From contig CAWHIJ010000003.1 in assembly GCA_963829525.1 (NCBI GenBank), positions 2,848,001 to 2,912,000 of the forward strand: a DNA stretch of 64,000 nt. The letters run 5' to 3'. Of this stretch, positions 9,371 to 19,900 are shown in pieces. Each line of letters begins with the position of its first letter. Positions within the stretch are counted from its first letter, which is position 1. The translations under genes and the position numbers were made by a program. The notes beneath the pieces were generated by a model. That model was given only the letters and a program-made list of their open reading frames with translations, was not told the DNA's origin and ran no database searches. The DNA is from an uncultured Actinomycetota bacterium (GTDB lineage Bacteria; Actinomycetota; Actinomycetes; JAHEKZ01).

Positions 9371-10558
9371 TCACGCTGAGGTTGCGCGCCACCCTGGACC
9401 CGACGACAGGGCCATCCGGCAGTGAGTGCGTCCCGGTAGGAGCAAGAACGGCTCCCTGGGGTCGCCGCCGGGTCCAGCACGCGGCGAAAACTCCGACGCT
9501 GCGACGATCTCGACGCTTTCCAGAGCTCCTGAACCGAACCGGCGCCAAACCCCGCCAACGTGCCGGTAGTCACGCAGCAGAACAGGGAGCAGTGCCGGCA
9601 GCTGGTCGTTCTCGACGACCAGCACGACGTCGCAATGCAGCGGCCGGCGCCGCAGTTCAACGACCGTCGCGTCAACGCGTGACTCATCGACGATGTCGAA
9701 GACGTGGGGGACGACGCCGAGGCCGAGACCTCGCCAGGCCTTACGGAACATCGCTCCCGTCGCGGCGTCGGAAGCCCGGCGCGCCACGCGGTCGACCAGC
9801 CGGCGCGGCTTCCGGCTGGCGGATGTCGGGTGGGGCGCATCTGACGCAGGTGGTGAGGACATCGCGGCCAGGCGAGGGGCCAGGATCTGCGAGCCCAGGT
9901 CGCCCAGCGGCTGCCAGTCGTGGCGGACAACGCAGTCGACCGCGCGCTCCGGTGACCAATCAGCAGGGCAGAGGCTTGCGAAGAAGTCCTCTCCTGGGCT
10001 CGGTCGCTCCAGGTCGCCCACTCGTGACAAGAGCTCGTCTGCCCGGTCCTGCTTGACGTGCCGCTTGTCGAGCACGCAGTGCAGCAAGATCGTCCAGAAG
10101 GTGTCGGTCGCCGACAGGCAATAGAGACCGTCGTCCATGATCCGCCGTTCGAGGCACCCTCGTTCCAGCTCCGAAGCGATCAGCAGCTCCTTGCTGTAGA
10201 TCACCTGGGTCACAATGTCGAGCTTGAGGTTCGGTCCGCGTCCGGGGATGTCGATGATGTACATGTGGTGCCACGGATACCTGCGCTGAGGCAGGGGTGC
10301 ACCACCGAGCCCGAAGATGACCTCCTCGGCAATGGGCAGATGAGCGGCTGCGACGAGCAGGTCGACGTCACGACCGGTTGCGAGCTCGGATCTGCCTCGG
10401 AGCAAGGCCCACGCCACTCCGCTGTCGGTAAAGGAGGTGAAGACCCGGTTCAGAAGGGTGCTGACCTCACCGGACTGCCCGGTCAGCGGACCGCTCCCTT
10501 GGCGCTCAGTCGGCCCGGAGGGTAGATCCGAGCCACACCACTCGTCTGCATAGGGCAA
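9371..10558 (-). CDS. Nucleotidyltransferase-like protein (start may be downstream, ~10470)
   Basis: GVAWALLRG....GRDVDLLV (DxD) motif, LKLDIV, LLHCVLDK. Confidence 0.65.
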   Translation of the reverse strand: MPYADEWCGSDLPSGPTERQGSGPLTGQSGEVSTLLNRVFTSFTDSGVAWALLRGRSELATGRDVDLLVAAAHLPIAEEVIFGLGGAPLPQRRYPWHHMYIIDIPGRGPNLKLDIVTQVIYSKELLIASELERGCLERRIMDDGLYCLSATDTFWTILLHCVLDKRHVKQDRADELLSRVGDLERPSPGEDFFASLCPADWSPERAVDCVVRHDWQPLGDLGSQILAPRLAAMSSPPASDAPHPTSASRKPRRLVDRVARRASDAATGAMFRKAWRGLGLGVVPHVFDIVDESRVDATVVELRRRPLHCDVVLVVENDQLPALLPVLLRDYRHVGGVWRRFGSGALESVEIVAASEFSPRAGPGGDPREPFLLLPGRTHCRMALSSGPGWRATSA

Positions 10559-10834
10559 ACTTACGCGACGTCGTCACCTGGCTCGCGACGGGTTCAGCAC
10601 TCGACGGCTCCCCCTCACCGCGCAAGGCAGCGCCCTCCGGCTCGCGGCCGGTGGGACGGGCCACTCGTCCGGCGTAAGAATGGCCGTTCATTCGTGTGCG
10701 CGTCGGGTCCTCGCTAAACTTACCGTTTTCTTGGTGTTTCGCCTTGCCTTGGTGGGAACAAGGGTCATCACTGGCTGTCGGCGACACCTTCGAGGTGTGG
10801 GCGAGCTCGAGCTCGCCGAAGGGGCGAACCTGCG

Positions 10835-12217
10835 GTGCCGAAAGAAGACTCAGAAGTGCTGGCTGTAGAGCCTGCTGCCCCAGCGCGCCCCCGCCCCCGC
10901 CCGATGTCACTGTTCCGCTCGCTCGTCTACTTCGTCCAGTCCTACCTTCTGGCAATCGTCGGCTACCTCGCCGTAAGCGTCCTGGCAGCACGGATCCTGG
11001 GCACCTCACAGTTTGGCTACTACGTCGCGCTCGTCACAGCGGCCAACTTCATCGGGCAGTTCGCGCTGATGGGGGTGCACCGGTCTGGGCTTCGCGAAGC
11101 TTCCCGAGCCAACTCCTCGGAGGCGTTGAACGGCCTACGTCGCGGCGTGCGGGCCGTTCTGCTCGTACCCCTGCCAGCGGCGTCGCTTGCCACCGCCGCT
11201 GGCGTGTTGCTCATCCAGGGGGACATCAAACCGGGCGGCATCGCAACGGCCGCGCTCACCGGGGTCCTGGTTTTCGCCACCGGCTATCAGAAGGTGAGCG
11301 CCAACTTCCTGCGCGGGCTTGGACACCTGCGTGCTGCGACTTTGGTCACGGGTCGCTCTGGCGGGGCGCTGGTAGCGCTCGGGCAGGCGCCAGCACTGGC
11401 TGTGGCCCTCTGGCTGGTGCCAGAGTCGGGGCTCCCCGGGGTTATGGTCTGCACCTTGTTCGGGTACCTGCTACCACTGCTGTGGGCGTGGTGGCTGCTC
11501 CACAAGAGCTTGCCGCACGACGGGGTGCGCAGCCACACCATGCGAGACCTTCGAGGGGTCCTAAAACGCGACTGGCGCTTCCAGTTCAGCCAGACGGGCG
11601 GCTTCCTCAACTCGACCGTCGAGCTGTGGCTGGCGGGAGCCGTTCTCTCGGCAAGCGGCCTGTCGCTGTTCGCCGGCGCGCAGCGGATCGGGCACCTGAT
11701 GGTCATCCCGAGCACTTCGCTGAGTGTGGTGTTCAGTCCTGCCCTGGCAAGGCTGGCCAAAAAGGACGACCACGGCCATTTCGAGAAGTTGGTCAGGACG
11801 GCAGCAACGGTGTCCGCATCCGCGACCGCCTTGCTGTGGATACCCATCATGCTGGTTCCAGGTTTCATCCTCACGCTCATCCTGGGCGAAGGATTCGCCG
11901 CGGCCGCGCCAGCTCTGATGTTCATTGCAACCGGGTTCATGCTGAACTCGATCAGCGGGATGTCGGCGACGACCCTGTCAATGTCGCACCACGAGGGCGA
12001 CGTCGCGGTGATCAACTGGTGCGCGGTCGCGCTGCGCGTGGTCTCCGGTCTGGTGTGCGCTCACTTCTGGGGCCTGACCGGCCTCGCCGCCTCGTCGGCG
12101 GGGGTCGCCACCCTCTTCTACTTCGCCACCTGGTCGGCCGCGCGCTGGCGCCTGTCGATCTCGACCCAGGCGACGCTGCATCCGGACATCGGCCTCTTGC
12201 GCCGGGTCTCGGGCTGA
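10835..12217 (+). CDS. Wzx/MOP-superfamily polysaccharide flippase
   Basis: ARILGTSQFGYY, ~12 TM segments, FSPALARL, LGEGFAAAAPAL. Confidence 0.85.
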   Translation: MPKEDSEVLAVEPAAPARPRPRPMSLFRSLVYFVQSYLLAIVGYLAVSVLAARILGTSQFGYYVALVTAANFIGQFALMGVHRSGLREASRANSSEALNGLRRGVRAVLLVPLPAASLATAAGVLLIQGDIKPGGIATAALTGVLVFATGYQKVSANFLRGLGHLRAATLVTGRSGGALVALGQAPALAVALWLVPESGLPGVMVCTLFGYLLPLLWAWWLLHKSLPHDGVRSHTMRDLRGVLKRDWRFQFSQTGGFLNSTVELWLAGAVLSASGLSLFAGAQRIGHLMVIPSTSLSVVFSPALARLAKKDDHGHFEKLVRTAATVSASATALLWIPIMLVPGFILTLILGEGFAAAAPALMFIATGFMLNSISGMSATTLSMSHHEGDVAVINWCAVALRVVSGLVCAHFWGLTGLAASSAGVATLFYFATWSAARWRLSISTQATLHPDIGLLRRVSG

Positions 12218-12237
12218 CCGCAGCGCAGGCAGGCCCG

Positions 12238-13561
12238 TCAGTCGGCGGGGGCGCGGAGCGCGGTCAACACCAACGCTCGCGCCGTGACGCCGACATCCGG
12301 TAGCCGCACCTGCTCGATCGCAGAGTGCGCGTGACGTGCCTCGCCCGGACCGTAGTGGATGCTCGGGATGCCGGCACCGTTGTAGAGCCGGAGGTCGCTG
12401 CCGTACGGCGCTCCGCGTCGCCGCGGTCGGACGCCGCCCGTCACGTCGGCGACGGCACCTTGCACGGTCGGCAGCAACCAATGGTGGTCGGCCGCCCCGT
12501 CATCGCCAGCACCGTCGTACCGGCCGCTGGCGAACTGGCCGCCGCTCCACGCCACGCGCACCGGATGATCGCGCAGCCACGGGTCGGCGGCGCTGGCCTC
12601 GGCGACCCGCTCCTCGAACGCAGCCCTGGCCACGGCGACGTCTTCACCGAGCTGGACGCCGTACCGCCCTTCGGCGGTCAGCCGATCAGGCACGGTGCTC
12701 GACCAGTCGCCGGCATCCACGCGACCCACCATCAACGGATAGGCGATCGGGTACTCGGCCATCAGCGGAGAGACGTCAGCGTTCCGTTCACGCTCGAGGT
12801 CCTGCAGCGCCCGGTAGACCGGCAAGAAACACGTCGAGGGCCGAGACTCCCTCGTACCTGGTGCTGCCGTGCGTAGCGGCACCCTCAACCGTCAACGTGA
12901 ACGTCAGGGCGCCACCGGTCGCGATGATCGCCGTCTCACTGGTCGGCTCGGTAATGACGCACGCCCGCGCCGTGTGACCGCGCCGCAGGGTGGCGAACGT
13001 CCCCAGGCCCCCGTCCTCCTCGCCGCCGACCGCGTGCACCGCGATCGGCCCGGGCAGCTGCACGCCCGACCGCACCAACGCCTCAACGGCGATCAGGTTC
13101 GCGACCACGCCCGCCTTCATGTCGCAGGCACCTCGCCCGAACATGACGTCACCCTCCACTCGGGCAACGAACGGGTCACCCTGCCACTGCGCGAGATCAC
13201 CAGGTGGGACGACGTCGGTGTGCCCCTGGAACGCCAGCACCGGAGCGGCCCCGGTATCAGCACCAAGCACGCCGACGGTCCCCCAGGCTTCCTCGCGGGG
13301 AGCCTCCATCCCGGGAAAGTCGGGGTCTGCCGTCAACGAGGCGAGATCGACCTGCCAGTGGTCCACGTCGCAGCCCAGCGCCCCAAGGCGGTCGGCCACC
13401 CACCGCTGCGCCTCCCCCTCAGCGGCTGTCCCCGTCACCGAAGGGATCGCGATCAGCTCGGCCAACATCGCCGTCCACGTCGCCGGCCCCAACGCGTCGA
13501 CGGCATCGAGCGCCGCTCGCTCGGCATCGGACAACGACGGCTGGCCCGACGACAGGGTCAT
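12238..13561 (-). CDS. M20-family ArgE/DapE-like deacylase; frameshift at ~12827
   Basis: GHTDVVP, GRGACDMKAG, GEEDGG, ITEPT and C-terminal YGSD/YGPG/AHSAIE lie in two frames joined by one extra base in an A/T run; ATGA overlap with the upstream gene. Confidence 0.85.
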
Positions 13562-14430
13562 GCGCGCCAGAGCGGCTGCGTCAGACACGTCGGCCCGCCG
13601 TCACCCTTGACGGCCACCTCGGTGCCGGCGAACTCGTGCACCTTCACCCCTGCCGCATCGAGCTTGGCGCGCACCTTGTCGTTGCCGGCAGCCAGCACGA
13701 CCTCACCGGGAGCCACCGCCAGAATGTTGGCTCCTTGCGTCAACATCTCGTCCTCGTCGACCGTGATCCGCGCGATCCCTCGTTCGTCGAGCAGCTCGAG
13801 AAGCGCCACCGGTGCCAGGTGCTCGTAGACCACAGCCAAGTCGTGCGCGATCGGCGAGATCACGCTCATCAGGTGCAGCACCGCGTCCGGCCCGAGGTAG
13901 TGCGGCAGGTCGACGCTGATCACGCTGACGCCGTGCGGCTCGAGCAGCGCCCGGAACTGCGCAACGGCTGAAGCGTTCGTGCGGTAGCCACGCCCGACCA
14001 CCAGGGTGCGTGCGTCGAGCCAGACCTTGTCGCCGCCGTCGCTGACGGCGTCACCGGTCAACGCGCCCAGGATCGGGACTCCGAGCCGCTCGAAGTCGGC
14101 GCGCATCGCGGCCGGCTCTGGGGAACGCACCGGCTTGCGCATCTGCAGCAGGATCGACCCATGCGGCGTCATCACGGCCGGGTCGTGGGTGTAGACCGCA
14201 TCGACGAGACCATCGATCGGCTCGCCGATGAGCACCTCAGCGCCGAACCCGCGCAACAAGTCAACGAACTCAGCATGCTGCGTCAGCAAGAGGTCGCGGT
14301 CGGGCTCGCGCCAGTGGGCGTCGGCAACAAACTCACCCACCGTCGTCGGCGTTCGGACGAAGACCTTCTTCAGGGGCGAGACCATGTCGGGCGTGCCCCA
14401 GCCGGACATCTCATTGGTAAGTGCGCTCAT
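13558..14430 (-). CDS. Amidinotransferase/dimethylarginine dimethylaminohydrolase (pentein) family protein
   Basis: DAVYTHDP, DGGD, GYRTN, LHL, GGPTCLT catalytic Cys. Confidence 0.88.
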   Translation of the reverse strand: MSALTNEMSGWGTPDMVSPLKKVFVRTPTTVGEFVADAHWREPDRDLLLTQHAEFVDLLRGFGAEVLIGEPIDGLVDAVYTHDPAVMTPHGSILLQMRKPVRSPEPAAMRADFERLGVPILGALTGDAVSDGGDKVWLDARTLVVGRGYRTNASAVAQFRALLEPHGVSVISVDLPHYLGPDAVLHLMSVISPIAHDLAVVYEHLAPVALLELLDERGIARITVDEDEMLTQGANILAVAPGEVVLAAGNDKVRAKLDAAGVKVHEFAGTEVAVKGDGGPTCLTQPLWRA

Positions 14431-14584
14431 GGCGCGACCGTAGTGGGCGCTGCTGCCCTGCGTCGAGGCGAACTGCGACGGGGCCAGCCGCTTGCCGGGC
14501 CGTTCCGTCAGCGCATAGCGTCAGGGTTCCCAGGTGGTGAACGGTCAGAAGCCCCCAGAGAAACCCCAGAGAAGGCGGTGTGCG

Positions 14585-15667
14585 GTGCACGAGGTTCGCG
14601 GAGTGGTGGCGAAGGGCAAGGGTGCCCCAGTCACAGTTGAGACGATCTTGGTCCCCGACCCCGGCCCAGGCGAGGCACTGGTCGACGTCCAGGCGTGCGG
14701 CGTCTGCCACACCGACCTGCACTACCGCGAGGGTGGCATCAACGACGACTTCCCGTTCCTGCTCGGCCACGAGGCGGCCGGCGTGGTCTCAGCCGTCGGT
14801 GAAGGCGTCACCGACGTCGCCCCCGGCGACTACGTCATCCTCAACTGGCGCGCGGTCTGTGGCCAGTGCCGGGCCTGCCGACGCGGACGCCCGTGGTACT
14901 GCTTCGCCACCCACAACGCCACGCAGAAGATGACCCTCGCCGACGGCACCGTCCTCTCGCCCGCGCTCGGCATCGGCGCCTTCGTCGAGAAGACGCTCGT
15001 CGCCGCGGGCCAGTGCACGAAGGTCAACTCCGACGCCGCACCCGACGTCGCTGGCCTGCTCGGCTGCGGTGTGATGGCCGGCATCGGTGCTGCGATCAAC
15101 ACCGGCGGCGTCACCCGCGGTGACTCTGTCGCGGTATTCGGCTGCGGAGGTGTCGGCGATGCCGCCATCGCCGGGGCGAAGCTCGCTGGCGCACACACGA
15201 TCATCGCCGTCGACGTCGACGACCGGAAGCTGCAGTGGGCCAGCGAGTTCGGCGCGACGCACACGGTCAACGCCAAGAACGAGAACCCCGTGGACGCCAT
15301 CAAGCGAATCACCGAGCACGGTGCCGACGTATGCATCGAGGCGGTCGGCAACCCGGCGACCTTCCAGCAGGCGTACGACGCGCGCGAGCTGGCCGGCACG
15401 CTGGTGCTCGTTGGCGTGCCCACACCCGACATGCAGTGGACGACCCCACTCATCGACATCTTCGGACGCGGCGGCTCGATCAAGTCGTCGTGGTACGGCG
15501 ACTGCCTTCCCAGTCGCGACTTCCCGATGCTGATCGACCTCTACCTGCAAGGACGCCTGCCTCTCGAGAAGTTCGTCTCCGAGAAGATCGGCATCGACGA
15601 CGTCGAGCCGGCGTTCGCCAAGATGCACTCAGGTGATGTGCTCCGCTCGGTGGTCATGTTCTCGTGA
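14585..15667 (+). CDS. mscR: S-(hydroxymethyl)mycothiol dehydrogenase / S-nitrosomycothiol reductase
   Basis: [26 protein letters not shown], structural-Zn Cys cluster, [13 protein letters not shown]. Confidence 0.93.
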   Translation: MHEVRGVVAKGKGAPVTVETILVPDPGPGEALVDVQACGVCHTDLHYREGGINDDFPFLLGHEAAGVVSAVGEGVTDVAPGDYVILNWRAVCGQCRACRRGRPWYCFATHNATQKMTLADGTVLSPALGIGAFVEKTLVAAGQCTKVNSDAAPDVAGLLGCGVMAGIGAAINTGGVTRGDSVAVFGCGGVGDAAIAGAKLAGAHTIIAVDVDDRKLQWASEFGATHTVNAKNENPVDAIKRITEHGADVCIEAVGNPATFQQAYDARELAGTLVLVGVPTPDMQWTTPLIDIFGRGGSIKSSWYGDCLPSRDFPMLIDLYLQGRLPLEKFVSEKIGIDDVEPAFAKMHSGDVLRSVVMFS

Positions 15668-16293
15668 CCGCGCGCATCGACCACCTGGTCACCTCCGGCA
15701 CCTTCTCGCTCGACGGCGAGACCTTCGACGTCGACAACAACGTCTGGATCGTCGGCGACGACGATGAATGCGTGGTGATCGACGCACCACACGATGTCGA
15801 CGCAATCATGGACGTCGTCGGCGATCGTCGCGTCAAGGCGATCGTCTGCACGCACGCGCACGACGACCACGTCCGGTTCGCGCCCGAGCTCGCCGAGCGA
15901 ACCGGTGCGCCGGTGATGCTGCATCCCGCTGACGAGCAGGTCTGGGAGCTGACCCACCCCGACCGCTCAGCCGACGACGACCTCGAGGACGGCGACGTGA
16001 TCAGCGTCGCCGGCGTCCAGCTCGAGGTGCACCACACACCCGGGCATGCACCGGGCGCGGTCTGCCTCTACTGCCCCGAGCTCGGCGTGCTCTTCAGCGG
16101 CGACACGCTCTTCTCCGGGGGCCCTGGAGCAACGGGCCGCTCGTTCTCGGACTTCCCCACGATCGTCGAGTCGATCGACATGCTCATCACCGAGCTGCCC
16201 GCTGACACAGTGGTGCACACCGGCCACGGCGACTCGACGACGCTCGCCGCCGAAGCGCCGCACCGCCAGGAATGGCTCGACCGCGGGCACTGA
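15664..16293 (+). CDS. Metallo-beta-lactamase-fold hydrolase, usual partner of mscR
   Basis: THAHDDH, TPGH, SGDTLF, TGHG; GTGA overlap with mscR. Confidence 0.9.
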   Translation: MTARIDHLVTSGTFSLDGETFDVDNNVWIVGDDDECVVIDAPHDVDAIMDVVGDRRVKAIVCTHAHDDHVRFAPELAERTGAPVMLHPADEQVWELTHPDRSADDDLEDGDVISVAGVQLEVHHTPGHAPGAVCLYCPELGVLFSGDTLFSGGPGATGRSFSDFPTIVESIDMLITELPADTVVHTGHGDSTTLAAEAPHRQEWLDRGH

Positions 16294-16413
16294 TCCGGGC
16301 GGTGACGGCGCGTTCAACGCCCAAGAACCGTCCGACGGTCACCCATTCGACCGGTGCGGGATCCTGAACGGTGAGATAACGTGAATGAACCGAAACCGGG
16401 GGCCGGAGGAACC

Positions 16414-16581
16414 ATGGGAACAGCCGAGTCGACTCCACCCGTCGACCCAGAGATCGTCGACATGGTCGACCACGTGCGCAACCGGTATGGAGCACATGGC
16501 CTGCGCCAGCTGATCGCGCTGGCCACAGCCGAGGCCGAAGACACCGAGAGCGCGCTCGCCGCGCTCACCGACGCGAACTGA
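16414..16581 (+). CDS. Small hypothetical protein (~55 aa)
   Basis: GGAGG RBS before ATG 16414; GC-rich third codon positions. Confidence 0.55.
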   Translation: MGTAESTPPVDPEIVDMVDHVRNRYGAHGLRQLIALATAEAEDTESALAALTDAN

Positions 16582-16582
16582 G

Positions 16583-16930
16583 CTATCCAGAAGTCACAGA
16601 AGCCGGAGCAGTGAAGTACTCCGGGCGTGACACGTAGGTCTCTGAGACGAACATGACCCCGGCGTGCGTCTCGAAGAACCCCCGCATGCCGGCCAGGACG
16701 CCGTCGAGCACCGCGTCCGGCAACACCGCGACCATCATCGTCGGGCCGGTGTGATCGTTGAACATCAACCGCCCCTCACTTCGGCCGTGGTGCCCGAAGC
16801 CGGACGCGGCAGGCACACCAGTCCACCCGGTGACGCCTTCTGCCACGAGCAGCTGCTCGACGAAGGAGACATCAGAGGCGTCGACGACGATCTCGAGTCT
16901 GGTCATGGGCGTGAGTCCGTTGCTGTTCAT
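16583..16930 (-). CDS. PII-like (GlnB superfamily) protein coupled to the DAB gene
   Basis: RLEIVVD...GVTGWT...SGFGHHG...GVMFVSE; ATGA overlap with dabBA. Confidence 0.8.
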   Translation of the reverse strand: MNSNGLTPMTRLEIVVDASDVSFVEQLLVAEGVTGWTGVPAASGFGHHGRSEGRLMFNDHTGPTMMVAVLPDAVLDGVLAGMRGFFETHAGVMFVSETYVSRPEYFTAPASVTSG

Positions 16931-19900
16931 CGCGTTGCTCCGATGGTTGGGGTGGATGATCCGGACAGGTCGACGACAGGTGAGATGGCGTCAGGCTCCT
17001 GGGCTGTATGGGCAAACCACGGACGCCACTTGCCGCCGGTCAGGTAGCGCTGCGGCTCTGGGGAGGTCGGGTCCAGCACGACGAGGGAGACCCACTCATT
17101 GCCGAAGAGGGTCTGCAGCACCGGGTTGCGGGCAACCACGGCGGCAACGCGATCGAGCGGTGCTTGGACAACCGTCATCAACCGCAGCGGCTGGTGACGC
17201 AGCTGGACACCCTCAGCGTCGACGCTCTCGGCAACTGCCTGAAGCGGCAGCCCAGGCTTGAGGTCACCGCGTGGACCGGATAGCACTCCGATGCGCCCCA
17301 CGAGGTTGTGCAGCACCTTCGATCCTGAGCCGAAGTGGTCGGGGTCGACGCTGCTGAAGTAGTACTGCGTGTTGATCCACTCTGCGACAACCATGGGAGC
17401 AGTCAGGATGACCTCAAGGCCAGCCCCCTCCTCGTCGTCCTGCCACCGGTATGAGTGGAGGAAGGCGCGTCCGCCGAGGTCACATCGTTCGGTGATCGAC
17501 CGGTCGCCGACGACGAAGGCCGCGTTGCCCGCGAGCCCCCACTCTGGACGCGTCTGCGCCCAGTCTGCAGCGCGTCGCTCGACGTGCCGCCGCGCCGCCG
17601 CAGGTGTCGCCCCTTTGGGCGCGTCCGGAAGGGTACCGATGCGCTGCCCGGACAGCGATCGCGTGGCGCTGTCCAACATCACCCTCAGCTCAGCGACGTC
17701 CTGCCAGTGCGACGTCGGCACCTGGTCGGCGTCGAGCAGTGTCACGGTGTCGACCGTCGTGTCGTGCTCAGCCGGAAGGAACCACGTGCTGTTGGGGACA
17801 TCGATGCCCACGTCGGCGAGGCGACCGCGCACCACGTCGGAGTTCAAGATGGTCGCCAACGCCCTGGCGTTCACGCCTCCGGGGTTTCCGCCACACGCGC
17901 CGCAGTCATAGGCCGCCTCGAACGGGTTGTTCTCGGTGTGGCTGCCGTGACCGGAGATCATCACGAGTCGAGCAAAGTCGCGCGTGAGGCCCATGGTGCG
18001 GAGGGCAGCTTCAGCCAGGAAGAGCTGCTCGTCGGCTGAGAACCCGAGTCCGTCGCGCGTCTCGTCGATCGTCTGGCGCGTCGGCACAGGTGGCTGAACC
18101 ACGTCTCGGGTCGCCTTGCGCAGCCCGAACCAGGCACGCGGAGACACGGTTCGAAGCAACGTCAGCGGGGCCAGCAGCCAACCGGCAGCCTCGGCGAACG
18201 AGTAGGGGGCGTTCGGAGCCTTCTGAGCCTCGACCGTCGAAGCCGCCATCTGACGCTGAGCGCGGGCCCCTGTCAGCGCCCGGTGCGCCAACTCGTGGTG
18301 TTGCGGCCCGGCCACCTCGTGGATTCCGTGGCGTGGCGTGAGAAGCACGGGGCACTGCGCCGTCCCGCACGCGGCAGCGAGGGACGTGTGTGTAAAGGGC
18401 ACTGCAAAGAAGCCGGCAAACCCGAGCGTCTGCACGGAGCCGGCGGCCTCCAGCTGGCGTCGCAGTGGCTCGGAGCGCACGTCAATGCAGAAGACCGCCT
18501 GAACATCGGGGCCCACTTCGGCTTCATCGGGTTCCGCCTCGGCCCAGGTGGCAAGCTCGGAAACCAGCGGGTCGCGGAACGTCGCCTCTTGAGCGGTGCG
18601 CCAGATCCGTGGCGCTTCTTCGCGGACGGCCTCAACGTAGCGAAGCAGCGTGATCAGTGAGACGTCGTCCAGTCCGCCGAGCGCCTCGGCGTCCAAGCCG
18701 GCGGCGAGCGCGACTTGCTCAAGGTGCAAGATCGCGCGTTGGGTCGTTGCCGGCAGACCGGTGGCGAGCTCCTCGGGGAGTGAGCCTGCACCAATCGATC
18801 CTTGGGCGGACGACGACTCGGTTGCGACGATGAGCCGCTCGACGCTCAGGTGGATCGCGGCCAGGTCAAGCAGGGTCGCGGTGTCGCTGCCACTTTCGCG
18901 CTCAAGCCACGCAACATGCGACGCCCAGCCAGGCAGCCGGGCGAAGGTGGCTGTCAGGTACTCGCTCCATTCGTCATTTCCGATCCCCATCAACGAGAGC
19001 TGATGGGCCACCGTCTCGTCGGCGCGCCTCGGGAGGGCAGCAACCGCTGCGGCAAAACCCTTAGCGCGCATGGATCGGTCGACCGTCACCGTCTGCACCA
19101 GGCTGCGCCAGCGGGCGAACAGCGGTCCCCGTGGCGCCGACCAACGCACGTCGTCGTCGGCGAGGAGGTAGGCGAGCCAAGCGGCCACGGCATCGGCGAT
19201 CTGGTCGTCCAGCGCAGTGCCGCGGTCGCGGTCTGTCCGCCCGGCGATTGTCAGCATGACGCCATCGTCGTGCAGCAGGTTCCCGACGCGCGCTCCGAGC
19301 GACATCACCGCGGTCCTTGCGGCGCCATGAAGTGCGCGGGGCACACCATCCTCGGTGGTGATCAGCATGTTGCGCGTCAGATCGACCGGCGAGGTTCGAG
19401 GGAGCATCGGCGGTACGGGAAGGGTGTCGATGCGCTCGAGGATGGCAGCGACAAGGGCGCTGTCCGTCACCTCGCCAGCCGCGTAGAGACGCTGGTAGTG
19501 AGCGGTCGAGAGTGCGACCGCGCCCCCGCGGGCACGCGCGGCGCGGTCCGTCGCCTCGTCGAAGGGAAGGTGCTCAAGGCCGGCCAACGGGTTGCTGGCG
19601 ACGAACTGGCCCAGCGGCCAGGAGGGCGCAACGATCTGCGACGCCGCAGCAACGCTGGCACGTGCCCGCGCTCGCTCGACCGGTGTGATGACCGTTGTCG
19701 ACTCGTGGGTGGGAACGACGTGGCGCTTGCCACCCCTTGGTGACATTGCCGCAGCAACTGCCCGTACGACCATTGCCGGCGCGCGTCCAGAACGAGCTCT
19801 GTGATCGACAATGACGCCGAGCACGCCAAGCCCCAGAAGGAGCGAGACGAGGACCAGCAGCACCGGTGCCGGCAGCGCCGGGCCGGTCACACCGATGACG

